From NCBI GenBank assembly GCA_951406725.2, contig OX597822.1, positions 61,752,001 through 61,816,000 on the forward strand: a stretch of DNA of 64,000 bases. The letters run 5' to 3'. How positions within the stretch are numbered: position 1 is the stretch's first letter; the number at the start of each line of letters is the position of its first letter. This document shows, one piece after another, positions 42,045 through 53,499 of this stretch. The DNA comes from Octopus vulgaris. Lineage: Eukaryota. Under the pieces are notes generated by a model that worked only from the letters and a program-made list of their open reading frames with translations, was not told where the DNA came from and made no database searches. A program made the position numbers and the translations under genes.

Positions 42045-43899
42045 AACTTAGACTTAGATATGTTTCGACCAAAGATTGGTCCAGGCCATGTCTAACTTAA
42101 TAGCACCACCTGATAGGATTATTCGAATCCTGTTTAAGTCAAGTTTTGTTCAAGTAGTGAGTTCTTGTTGGGTGAGTTGTATCCAGTTTTGTTCAAGTAG
42201 TGAGCTCTTGTTGGGTGAGTTGTATCCAATTATGGGTGGCTTATCTGGTATTCTTTGAAGGAATCTATCCAGACTCTGTTTAAAGTTGATGGGATCCTTT
42301 TCCTCTTTGATCTCCCTCGGGACAATGTTAAATAGGGCAGGGCCTGTTGAGGAAAAGAAATTATGTTGCAGTGTACATGTATGTTGTGATCTTGAATTGG
42401 ACAGGGGACGTATAGCCCGTGGTCCAAGTCTTGGATGAACCTTGAAGCTAATGTTTAGGTCGTTTGGGCAAAGTTGGCGGTATATTTTCCACATCGTACA
42501 AATGATGTACCGCTCACGGCGACGCTGGAGGGAGTAAAGTTTCAAGGCTTTAAGGCGATCCCAATAATCGAGAGCAGCCATGCCTTCAATTTGTTTAGTG
42601 AGAGCCCTCTGGGGTGACTCAATTCTGCAGATGTTTTGTCTTGTGTGAGGAGACCACAGTGGGCAGCAGTATTCAAGGTGTGGCCGTACAAAGGAGGAAA
42701 AAAGTGGTATGATGACACCTTGTTCTCTGGACTGGAAAGTTCTTAAGATCCAGGAACTCATCCTACGAGCTATATCGACCTTTTTGTTGATGTGTGCACT
42801 CCAACTGAGATCGTCATCAACAATTACACCCAGGTCTCTGATATTGTTAGAGGCTGTGAGCGGTTCCCCTGAAGGAAGAGAATATGGTTGTTTTAGTGAG
42901 GAATTTCTTCCAAAATGCATCAGCTCAAATTTTCCCTCATTCAGTTGCATTTTGTTTCTGTCTGCCCATTGACTCACAGCATATAGATCAGACTGGAGTT
43001 GAGTTCGGTCTGCTTCTTCATTGACGATTTGCTGGAGCTTAGTGCCATCAGCGAATATTTTCACTTTGCAGTAATGTACGACACTGGAAAGGTCGTTTAC
43101 GTAAATTATGAAGAGTAGCGGACCCAAAACAGTTCCCTGGGGAACACCGCTGGTGACTTTTGCTGGGTTTGAGTGGACTCCATCAACTACAACATGTTGT
43201 GTTCTATTCGCCAGGAAATACTTAATCCAGTGTAGAACTTTTCCACGGATTCCAACATTTGCCAATTTTGAGAGTAGGATGTTGTGGTCTACCCTGTCGA
43301 ACGCTTTACTGAAGTCAAGATATATGACGTCAGAGTTCGAACCTGTTCCCAAGGCTTTGAGTACATCTTCAATGTGGTGTAAGAGCTGTGTTAGACAGTC
43401 CCTGCCACAGCGAAAGCCATGCTGATTTGAATTTAGGAGTTTGTGGGTCTCCAGGAAGTCAGCTATCCTTGATCTTAACACTCTTTCAAACACTTTAATG
43501 ATGTGGGAGGTGAGTGAGATTGGGCGATAGTTGACTGCGAGGGATCTGTTTCCCTGTTTGAAAACCGGGATGACCGACTGGGATAGAAACTGTTTCGGTA
43601 TATAACCTGCGTCTAACGAATTTCTCCAGAGGTTGGTCAGAGGGACTGCAAGTTGATATCTACATTCCTTCAGGAGACTAGCGGGAAATCTATCAGGGCC
43701 TACAGCAGAGTAATGTTTGACCTCATTTATTGCTGCTACGATGTCGGTGGCAGTGAAGGTTATGTCTGAGATTTTGTGTTGGGAGTCAACTTCATTCGTT
43801 TCCCTTACGTCGATATCAGTGGGAACACTAAAGACAGAGCAGTATTGTTTCTGCAGTATTTCTGCCATTTCTTTAGCATCGTGTTGGGGAATGCCGTTA

Positions 43900-43901
<2 letters not shown>
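42045..43901 (-). mobile_element. 5'-truncated CR1-type LINE (RT domain, catalytic motif mutated)
   Basis: YRPISLTS, DFSKAFDRVDH, SGVPQGTVLGP, FADG (for FADD), VRPHLEYC...WSP, SLQRRRER; 3' hairpin and (CTAAGT)n tail; the ORF-track N-terminus is microsatellite read-through. Confidence 0.9.
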
Positions 43902-43966
<65 letters not shown>

Positions 43967-44059
43967 ATGTATAAGGGTGAAAAGGAACACACGAGTTGAT
44001 ATATATGAAAAAACAAGTCAAACATAGAAAATGCTAAAATAATTTTATAGTGAACATTT

Positions 44060-44097
44060 CAGTACCGGTTTCGGTCATTTTGAGACCTTTTCAACTG
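44060..44097 (-). ncRNA. Minimal type I hammerhead, U3-A8 variant (sense pseudo-LTR)
   Basis: CAG-TTGAAAA-GGTC-TCAAAAT-GACC-GAAA-CCGG-TA-CTG. Confidence 0.75.
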
Positions 44098-44803
44098 TAA
44101 CGATTAAATAATTAAATTTAGAAAAATTAGAAGAAAAGTTTTTTTAAAGGAATATTTCTATAGTAGTGTTCAGATATAAGTGGCATTCTGCCTTTCTCTG
44201 ACTCCCTTGTTAGCACTTGTGTGTTGGAGGTCGTTGTGAGTTCTTGGTAGGGTAGTAGAAGAAGAAGGCTGATGAGGAAAGGGGGTGGGAAAATCTGGGA
44301 GTGCCCTGATGGTCGTATTTTGAATGGTCAGTGGCGGCTAGCAGTCGCAGTTCAATTCAGGAGAATATTTCTATTGAAAGGCTTGTTTATGGGATTTGCG
44401 TAGGTGTTATACTAAAAAACATTAGTGACAAAGTTAAGGGGTAGAAGGTGGAGAAGTAGAAGAAGAAGAAGAAGAAGAAGAAGAAGAAGAAGAAGAAGAA
44501 GAAGAAGACGATGTTGATGATGATGATGATGAAGAAGAAGAAGAAGAAGAAGAAGAAGAAGAAGATGATGATGATGGTGATGGTGGTGATGATGATGACG
44601 ATAATGATGATGATGAAGAAGAAGAGGAAGAAGAAGAAAAAACAGAGAAGGGAGAATATGAATGGGTGAAAGTAGTGAGGTGTTGTATGACTTGAAGTTG
44701 GCATGTTATGGAGTATAGCTGTGATTGGGGGTGATTAGTAATGGATTCTTTGGAATGTAATATTTGTGTGTGTATATTTCTTTTATTCTAAAGTTGAGGT
44801 ATA

Positions 44804-46087
44804 TTAATTGTTTGTCGTAGACCCGTTAAGAAGTGGCCTGTATTTTGTAATAAAGAGAGTTTCTTTACTTATCCGTTGTCTCGAGGTTGTATCGTCCCTA
44901 AATTGGTAGAGGGGGAAAATCCTGAAGCTTGGTGTTTTTTTGTTGGCGCAAGTATCTATGTGTTGGCTAAAAGCTATTTTTCTGTTTTGGGGAATTTTTA
45001 TCTGGGATCTGTGCAGGGCCATTCGTTTACGCAAACTATTTTTTGTTTGGCCTATGTACTGCTCTTGACACCCGGAGCAGGTTAGTGAGTATATTAGGTT
45101 CTCCGAAGTACATGTGAAGTTGCTTTTCACTGTAAACCGTTGTCCCTGTTTGAAGGAGAACTCTGATTCCTCAATTAGATAGTCGCATATCCCGCAATTG
45201 GGTCTTCCACATTTTTTTACTGTCGGCTTCTGTGTTGAAGAGTGAATTCGGGCTTGTGTTAGGAGACTTTTCATGGATTTAGGCTGTCTCTTGCTTTTTA
45301 TGATCGTGTGTATTTGGAGGATTGTGTTCATTCTGTGGTCTTTTTTTAGGAGGGGTATGTTGTGGAGGATGGTGCCGAAGGCTTCGTTATTGAGAGGGTT
45401 GTGTGTGGAGATGTATGGTAAGGCTTTTGGTTGTAAGTTTTTCTTTGATTTGGGATGTCTCAGTTCCTTGATGTTAAGTTGAAGGGCACGTTGAATGCAC
45501 TTGTCAATAAGTGAAGGTGGATAGTTCCTGGTGATAAGGGTATCTTTTCGTTCTTGTAGTCGTGTGTCTCTGGTGTTTGCGTTAGAGACTATAGTGCATA
45601 TCCTTTTTGCTAGATTGAAGGGGGTATTCATCCTGGTGTGTCTGGGGTGGCATGAATTGAATGGAAGATATTGCTTAGAGTCTGTAGGCTTATAATATAT
45701 GTCTGTTTCTATTATATTATTAGCTTTCTTAATGAGGATATCGAGGAAGGGGAGTTGTTGCTGGCTATATTCCATCGTGAATTGGATGTTTACGTCCAGT
45801 CCGTTTAAAATTTCCTGGAATTCTATGAGTTTTTCTATATTTTTATGCCAAAGAATGAAACAGTCATCTAGATATCACTTCCAGTTGTTTTCTATGTAGA
45901 TGGAGAAAGGGCTGCCATATCTTTCTAGAACCTTACGATACAGACTGATCTCTAGATATCCTATGACTAGGTTGGCGAAGGAGGGGGCCATTCGTGTACC
46001 CATCGCAGTCCCCGATTTTTGTCGGTAGAAGTTGTCATTGAAGGCGAAGAAGTTATTTTCCAGGATGAATTTAACCCCTTCTATCAC
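44804..46087 (-). pseudogene. PLE RT C-terminal half plus GIY-YIG endonuclease, one premature stop
   Basis: GTAMGTRMAPSFANL, WK*YLDD, LPFLDI, IYYKPT, SCHP, CGRPNCGIC, LIYSLTC...YIGQT...RMALH. Confidence 0.92.
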
Positions 46088-46279
46088 GAATTCTTTTTTC
46101 TACAGCCTTCTTCTTCTACTACCCTACCAAGAACTCACAACGACCTCCAACACACAAGTGCTAACAAGGGAGTCAGAGAAAGGCAGAGAAAGGCCACTTA
46201 TATCTGAACACTACTATAGAAATATTCCTTTAAAAAAACTTTTCTTCTAATTTTTCTAAATTTAATTATTTAATCGTTA

Positions 46280-46317
46280 CAGTTGAAAAGGTCTCAAAAT
46301 GACCGAAACCGGTACTG
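46280..46317 (+). ncRNA. Minimal type I hammerhead, U3-A8 variant (inverted pseudo-LTR)
   Basis: Identical to the 44060-44097 copy. Confidence 0.75.
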
Positions 46318-46386
46318 AAATGTTCACTATAAAATTATTTTAGCATTTTCTATTTTTGACTTGTTTTTTCATATATATATATATAT

Positions 46387-46549
46387 GCAGGAGTGGGTGT
46401 GATAGGCACAGGAGTGACTGTGAGGTAAGTAGCATGCTTACCAACCACATAGTTCCGGGTCACTGCGTGACACCATGGTCAAATGTCTTCTATTATAGTT
46501 TCGGGTCGACCAAAGCCTTGTGAGTGGATTCGGTAGAAAGAACCCCATC

Positions 46550-46594
<45 letters not shown>

Positions 46595-46790
46595 TGCGTC
46601 TGTGTTTGTACTCCCAACATCACCGCTTGACACCTGATGTTTGTGTGTTTACGTCCCCGTAACTTAGCGGTTCCGCAAAGGACACCGATAGAATAAGTAC
46701 TAGGCTTACAAAGGATAGTGCTAGGGTCGATTTGTTCGACTAAATGCGGTGCTCCAGCATGGCCGCAGTCAAATGACTGAACAAAAGAAT
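46387..46790 (+). mobile_element. SINE family B
   Basis: Head, internal (TG)n and tail. Confidence 0.8.
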
Positions 46791-46983
46791 ATAATAATAA
46801 TATATATATGTTGTATAAAAGATATATATACTGTAAATAAATAAATATATATATATATATCGTAATGTTAGAGATGTAAATGATACTTAGAGGTATATAC
46901 AAACAAAACATTATCTGGGATAGAAGACAAATAATTGGGTCGAGTGGATAAATATGTCTATTATGTCAAAAGTTAATAGTCTA

Positions 46984-47030
46984 CTAGAGTTTCGGCCCGT
47001 GCTTGGCTATTCACGAGCAGTCAGTGCGCA
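46984..47030 (-). mobile_element. Isolated Helitron 3' terminus
   Basis: Hairpin GCTCGTG...CACGGGC followed by CTAG|T on the minus strand. Confidence 0.45.
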
Positions 47031-47098
47031 GCAGTTGTGAACAGCTCAGCCCGAGGCGAATCTCAGAGTAGACTGTCAATATTTTGTTATAGCAAACA

Positions 47099-47136
<38 letters not shown>

Positions 47137-47368
47137 CACACGTGCGCGTAATTACATATATGTGTGTGTGTGCGTGTGTGTGTCTGTGTGTATGCATGTA
47201 TATATATATGTATATATATATAGAGAGAGAGAGATACACACACACAAATATATAATTACGTGTGTGTATGTGTATCTATATCTATTTATCTATATGCGCG
47301 CGCGTATGTGAGAGAGTGTGTGTGTAGATTATACATACGCATACAAACATACATATATACATACATAC

Positions 47369-47417
<49 letters not shown>

Positions 47418-47420
<3 letters not shown>

Positions 47421-47719
47421 AGGCGCAATGGCCCAATGGTTAGGGCAGCGGACTCGCGGTCGGAGGATCGCGGTTTCGATTCCCAGACCGGGCGATGTGT
47501 GTGTTTATTGAGCGAAAACACCTAAAGCTCCACGAGGCTCCGGCAAGGGGTGGTGATCCCTGCTGTACTCTTTCACCACTCTTTCTCTCACTCTTTCTTC
47601 TGTTGGCCTGCTCGCTTAGCCATCTGGGTGGCGTTATTCGAAGGCTAAAACAATGCAAACGCATTGTGACCAGCGATGTGTAACAACATCTGATGGTCTG
47701 GTCGGTCACGTGATCACGT

Positions 47720-47720
<1 letters not shown>
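47418..47720 (+). mobile_element. SINE family C (tail type 1)
   Basis: Complete copy ending GGTCGGTCACGTGATCACGTGAT. Confidence 0.85.
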
Positions 47721-47795
<75 letters not shown>

Positions 47796-48004
47796 GATAG
47801 ATAGACAAACAGATGTGCGCGCGCACAACCATACACATCTGGGAAAAATACATTTCATGTATTGGCAACAATAACGTCAATACTAAAAAAAATTACTAGT
47901 AAGAATAGCAGGAAGGAGAAAGAAGAGTTGGAGAAAGAACAAGATAGAGACAGAAGCAAGAGACACTGATACAAACACCATGAAACACCATATGTTAAGC
48001 TATA

Positions 48005-48265
48005 CTCTTTTACTTGTTTTAGTCATTTGACTGCGGCCATGCAAATCCACCCCAGGACTTATTCTTTGTAAGCCTATTACTTATTCTATCGGTCTCTTTT
48101 GCCGAACCGCTAATGTATGGGGACGTAAATACACCAGCATCGGTTGTCAAGCACAGACACACAAACATATGCACACACATACACACACACATATATATAT
48201 ACATATACACACACACAGATATATATATACACACACATACATACATACATACATACATACATACA

Positions 48266-48328
<63 letters not shown>

Positions 48329-48486
48329 GAAGGACTTCTTTTTCTTTCAGCTTCTGTCTACCAAATCCACTCACAAGGCTTTAGTCGGCCCGAGGCTATA
48401 GTAGAAGACACTTGCCCAAGGTGCCACACAGTGGGAATGAACCCGGAACCATGTGGTTGGTAAGCAAGCTACTTACCACACAGCCA
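48005..48486 (-). mobile_element. SINE family B
   Basis: Head, compound internal microsatellite and tail. Confidence 0.8.
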
Positions 48487-48699
48487 TTCTTTCATTATGT
48501 TGTAGCTATCTTAGGAGTTATATTTGTTGTTGTTGTCGTCGTTATTGTTGTTGTTGTCGTTGTTTCGCCCCACAACAGTTTTAATCATCCCTTAATTATC
48601 TTATGCTTTGTGGAGCGTTTTTTTTTTAATCACAAGGGAGCCATGAATACTCTTATCCTTTGTAAAAACAGTAATGCATTATAGGAAGAAAATTTGGCT

Positions 48700-48990
48700 T
48701 ATATCTTACCGAATGGAGCAACCGCGTAGAGGGTCCTCCCTACTATCAGTTTGCGAGAAGATCAAGCAAAGACGGCTGCGACTATCTGGTCACTACGTTC
48801 GCTACCCTTACCTCGAAGCATCCAAGCTAGTCTTGTGGAACCCACTTCATTGTGACGTGAGAAGAGGAAAACGTCGTCACACATGAACTGCGGACACTGG
48901 CCTAGAATATATTCAGGACATCGAGGCAGTGATGATGAACCGAGAAGTGTGGTGGATGGATTTGTTGCTGCGGCCGGGTTGGAACCCAGC
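48700..48990 (+). pseudogene. RTE-like LINE C-terminal fragment
   Basis: KIKQRRLRLSGHYVR...LVLWNPLH...RRGK...DTG...MMNREVW. Confidence 0.7.
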
Positions 48991-49523
48991 CATAATGATA
49001 ATAGATATGATTGGTAATGGCAACATGTTATGTTATTGATAATGATGATGGTGACGGTAAAGGTTTGGGAGGGGTATTTTCAAGTCTGTGGTCATAACAG
49101 TGATAATGGTGGTGAACTTGTTGGTGATAGTGGTTGATGGTTTTGCTTGTGGTAGCTTTTAGTGGGGTAACATCAGTTGGGGGTCTAATTGCTCATAGTG
49201 TTTGTGTTGGACGCCACCAGCTGCTGGTGGTTACGTTGGTGGGTCTTAGTGCCTTTCCTTATGACAGATTTAGTTATTGTGGTATTGGCGGCGGCAGCGA
49301 TGAGTCTTGGTGTTAGTGTAAATGGAGATAGCGTTAGTGTTCGTGTTGTTGCTCTTGTTGTTGTGGAGTACCAACTCACTTCTGCTCCATCATTTCTATG
49401 GTACACTACAAGCAGTCGACGAAACGATGAAGCTCCACCTTCATCTTCCTAGTTATACCATGTCATTCTAGCTGAGGAGCGTATTGCACACACTGATATT
49501 TTATTTATTTATTTATTTATATA

Positions 49524-49950
49524 TTTATGCGCCCTTTTCAAGCCTAGCCAGACTCATGGGCCCGGTTTCCTGGTTTCTGTGGCGTATGTGTTCCCCCTAG
49601 CTGGACGGGACACCAGTCCATCGCAGCGTTACTCAAGAAACAGGAAGAGAGAGCGAGAGAAAGTTGTGACGAAAGAGTACAACAGGTCAGAGGATCGCAG
49701 TTTCGATTCCCAGACCGGGCGTTGTATGTTTATTGAGCGAAAACACCTAAAAGCTCCTCGATGCTCCGGCAGGGGATGGTGGCGACCCCTGTTGTACTCT
49801 TCCATCACAACTTTCTCTCGCTCTCTCTTCCTGTTTCCTGAGTAACGCTGCGATGGACTGGCGTTCCGTCCAGCTGGGGGGAACACATACGCTACGGAAG
49901 TCGGGAAACCGGGCCCATGAGCCTGGCTAGGATTGAAAAGGGCGCATAAA
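49524..49950. mobile_element. Two 5'-truncated SINE-C (V-like tail) copies fused head to head
   Basis: 49524-49686 is the reverse complement of about 49787-49950. Confidence 0.8.
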
Positions 49951-51276
49951 TGAATAGATAAATACATTCCTTATGCTTGGCTGTGTAGAAGTGATAGTAT
50001 TTTAAGGATACTGTAGAGGTCTTCCAGTGCCCTCTATGAATGCATAGGCGCTTGGAGGTGATTTGGGCGTTGGCAGTAGCTAGAACTATGGCAGTTAAAG
50101 TCTTTTATACAAGAGCAAACTGTCCCTCGGAGATGGTGTCTCACACTATTTTTATTTTGTTATGTGGTTACTGTGTATTGATAATCAAGAAGTATTCTAA
50201 TAAGGCACAGAACAGTGATGTCTGAGTAAAAATTCTACTTGGTTTGGCGAGGTGTTTCTTGATGTAAATTGTTTGTGATGTAAAGGAAGTTTAGTGGTGA
50301 ATATTGCCTCTTTTGTTAAATGTATTATTTGAAATCCATGAAGTGTTGAACACTTTGATGTCATGTCTAGTATTGTTGTTCGTGAGAGTTTTCAGTGATG
50401 TTGCACGAAGATATAATGAAACGCGACGGTTGATGAGGTATGCATGTATGTATGTATGTATGTATTCTTTTATTCTTTTATTTGTTTCACTCATTTGACT
50501 GCGGCCATGCTAGAGCACCGCCTTTAATCGAAGGAATCGAACCCAGGACTACTCTTTGTCTGCATATCTGTGTATTACCGTTTCCTATAAGTTTACGAAC
50601 GTCATATCTGAAATTTAGGTATGACTTGCACACCACTTCTCATTTATGCTATAAGGCCCCTATCTCTGTTGTGAAAGGTCTTCTCTCGTCTAATCTGAAT
50701 GTAATTTGCAGTATTGGGTTTAGATGTTCCCTGTTGAGTTTGTAAGAATCTTTTATTAATCATTGTTACGTGGAAGTCATATATGATGACAACATCATTT
50801 ACTTATATAAAAGCATTTTTGATACCGTTAATAGAGCTTTGTGGTGTAAGTTTCAAGCTGTGTATTTTTAAATGTTTTCTGTACAGACCTCCGCACGCCT
50901 TCATCAGCGTCAAACCTTTTTCTTTATTCTCAATATTCTTGCTGACAATTACTTTTTCCTTCCATCCCTATTTGTTTTTCTGGGCACCAATTCAGCACAT
51001 AAGTTTTTTCTCGCTCTTAACATTCTATCTCTGGATCTTGTTACTAACATCAACCATACAGTACATTCTCACGGCTCGTACAAATCTCACCCTTTGACGT
51101 CACTTTTCAGTCCATTCGTTTATTTCAATTCTTGTGTTCAAAATATTTTGATAACTACATTTTTCAGACGCAGAAAATCCTTAGAAATACTCTGATTCAA
51201 TTGTTTCACTTAGCTTCCTTTCTTTACTTGTCTATTTCTGTTGGATCCAGCTACAAATGTGTACATTGTTGTATAA

Positions 51277-51482
51277 TGACTCTCAAGAGATCATCAAGTC
51301 GAAATGAAGGCAGTAGTATCAAAAGGAATCATAAAAGGAATATGTATGATGTTAAACTCTCTGTTTTACATAGGTTTGATGCAGAAGAAAGAGTTACGCA
51401 TATTGTAAAAGCATTAAAGTTCTCAGCGTCTAAAGTGGAAACGATACGTGGCAATAGAAACGCAATCAGGCCAGCTCATTAA
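51277..51482 (+). pseudogene. Tigger/pogo-like transposase N-terminal HTH remnant
   Basis: KRNMYDVKLSVLHRFDAEERVTHIVKALKFSASKVETIRGN resembles a CENP-B N-terminal HTH. Confidence 0.55.
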
Positions 51483-51554
51483 GCAGTTACTTCGTTAAAT
51501 GCTCAGACATTGCCTTTTCAATGATCTGATATAATGTCAATGTTGAATGGCACA

Positions 51555-51778
51555 AACGTGGCTCTGTGGTTAAAGGTTTGTTTCCTAATCACACAATTTC
51601 GGGTTCAATCCGCAAGGCATCTGGGACAGTGTCTGCCACTATAGACCTCGGTTCGACCAAAACTTTGTGAGTGGATTTGGTAGACAGAAACCGAAAGAAG
51701 CCTATTGTGTGTGTGCGTGTATATATGTGTGTGTGTGTGTGTGTGCGTGTATGCGTATATACATATATACATACATAG

Positions 51779-51862
<84 letters not shown>

Positions 51863-52112
51863 AGGTGCAATGGCCCAGTGGTTAGGACAGCGGAGCGGAC
51901 TCGTGGTCGTAGGATCACGATTTCGATTCCCAGACCGGGCCTTATGAGTGTTTATTGAGCGAAGACATCTAGAGCTCCACAACTTTCTCTCACTTTTTCT
52001 TCTGTTGGCGTGCTCGCTTGGCCAGCGGGGTGGCGTCATTTGAAGGCAAAAACAATGCGAAGCGCATTGTGACCAGCGATGTGTAGCAAAAAAAATAGCC
52101 TGGTCGGTCACG

Positions 52113-52167
<55 letters not shown>

Positions 52168-52370
52168 GTATAAGTATCTGTGACTTTGTGTTCGTCTCCC
52201 ATCACCGATTGGCACCCGGTGTTTCTTGTTTACATCTTAGCGGTTTGACAAAATATTCAATGGAATATGTACCAGATTTTAAAAATGTAAAAACTACTGG
52301 GATCAATTTGCTCGACTAAGGCCCTTCATGGCGGTGCCCCAATCCAAAGTGAAAAAAGTAAAGGATAAAA
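51555..52370 (+). mobile_element. Older SINE-B copy with a SINE-C (51860-52116) nested in its microsatellite
   Basis: B head at 51555-51710 and B body/tail at 52175-52370 flank a C copy. Confidence 0.75.
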
Positions 52371-52401
52371 GACATGCACCACACACGCACGCACATGTCT
52401 T

Positions 52402-52466
<65 letters not shown>

Positions 52467-52475
52467 ATATATATA

Positions 52476-52534
<59 letters not shown>

Positions 52535-52542
52535 CTATCTAT

Positions 52543-52579
<37 letters not shown>

Positions 52580-52726
52580 AAATTTCAAAGAATACCTGAA
52601 ACTCGACTGAGGAAAGAAACCTCCGAATGACCCGTCCTTATTTTCTTTGTATCGTCTATCTGGCTGTTTTGTTATCCCTTTTTGTGTCACCTAATTGTCT
52701 GGATGTTTTGCGTCCTTGTGCCAATT

Positions 52727-52801
<75 letters not shown>

Positions 52802-52815
52802 GTACATATATATAT

Positions 52816-52868
<53 letters not shown>

Positions 52869-52884
52869 CACACACACACACATA

Positions 52885-53451
52885 CACTACCGTCAGAAAT
52901 TAATTAGCACCCTTGATTTGCTCACCATGAAGCATGGTGGGGGTGGTCTGATGGTGTGAGGGGCGTTCAGCTACAGTGGTGTTGGGCGGCTCTATGCCGT
53001 CGAGGGTAACATCAACGCAGCAAAGTACGTTGAGATAGTACGGGATACCTCTTTGGTGGCGAGGAGTACGTGCTGGCCAGTCCCCTGACCTGAACCCTAT
53101 TGAGAACCTCTGGAGTCGATTGGGTAGGGATTTGAATGTGCAGTAATACCGGAACCGACACGAGCTGTTTGGGGCACTTCTTGCTGCATGAGGGGCCATC
53201 CCTGCACAGTACCTGCAGGCACTCATAGACAGCATGCCGACCCGCGTAGCAGCTGTCATTGCTGCCAAAGGAGGAGCAACAAGATATTGACTAAATTTCA
53301 CGATTAATAACAATTATGTGGTGTGCTGGGATATGTTTTAATAAATTTTTGATTAAAAACGAGTTCATTTCTGATAATAAGTTAATTAAATTAGGAAAAT
53401 GTAAGAAAATGTAGAAATTTGAGAAGTGCTAATTAATTTCCGACGCAAGTG
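52885..53451 (+). mobile_element. Internally deleted Tc1 element
   Basis: TA-CACTACCGTCAGAAATTAATTAGCAC / GTGCTAATTAATTTCCGACGCAAGTG-TA; [39 protein letters not shown]. Confidence 0.9.
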
Positions 53452-53499
53452 TATATATACATACATATATACACACACACATATATGTGTATATATATA

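Larger units (their letters stand above)
43971..46375 (-). mobile_element. Young 5'-truncated PLE (Neptune-like Cys linker) with inverted pseudo-LTRs
   Basis: Inverted repeats of about 270 bp at 44001-44271 and 46103-46375; RT plus GIY-YIG ORF. Confidence 0.92.

Noticed and set aside
42061-42090. Hairpin plus GAAAC at the CR1 end and in SINE-B tails as a hammerhead
   Set aside because: No CUGANGA-like strand or stems I and III; better explained as a LINE 3' recognition stem-loop
47418-47492. tRNA-like sequences (also at 1601, 25932, 33456, 33855)
   Set aside because: SINE heads with A and B boxes that continue into SINE bodies; no complete cloverleaf
49990-50430. Possible LINE APE remnant on the minus strand (DFNCHS)
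   Set aside because: A single short motif in degraded sequence, insufficient to call
50865-50912. CTGATGA...GAAA on the minus strand
   Set aside because: No stem II or stem I complementarity
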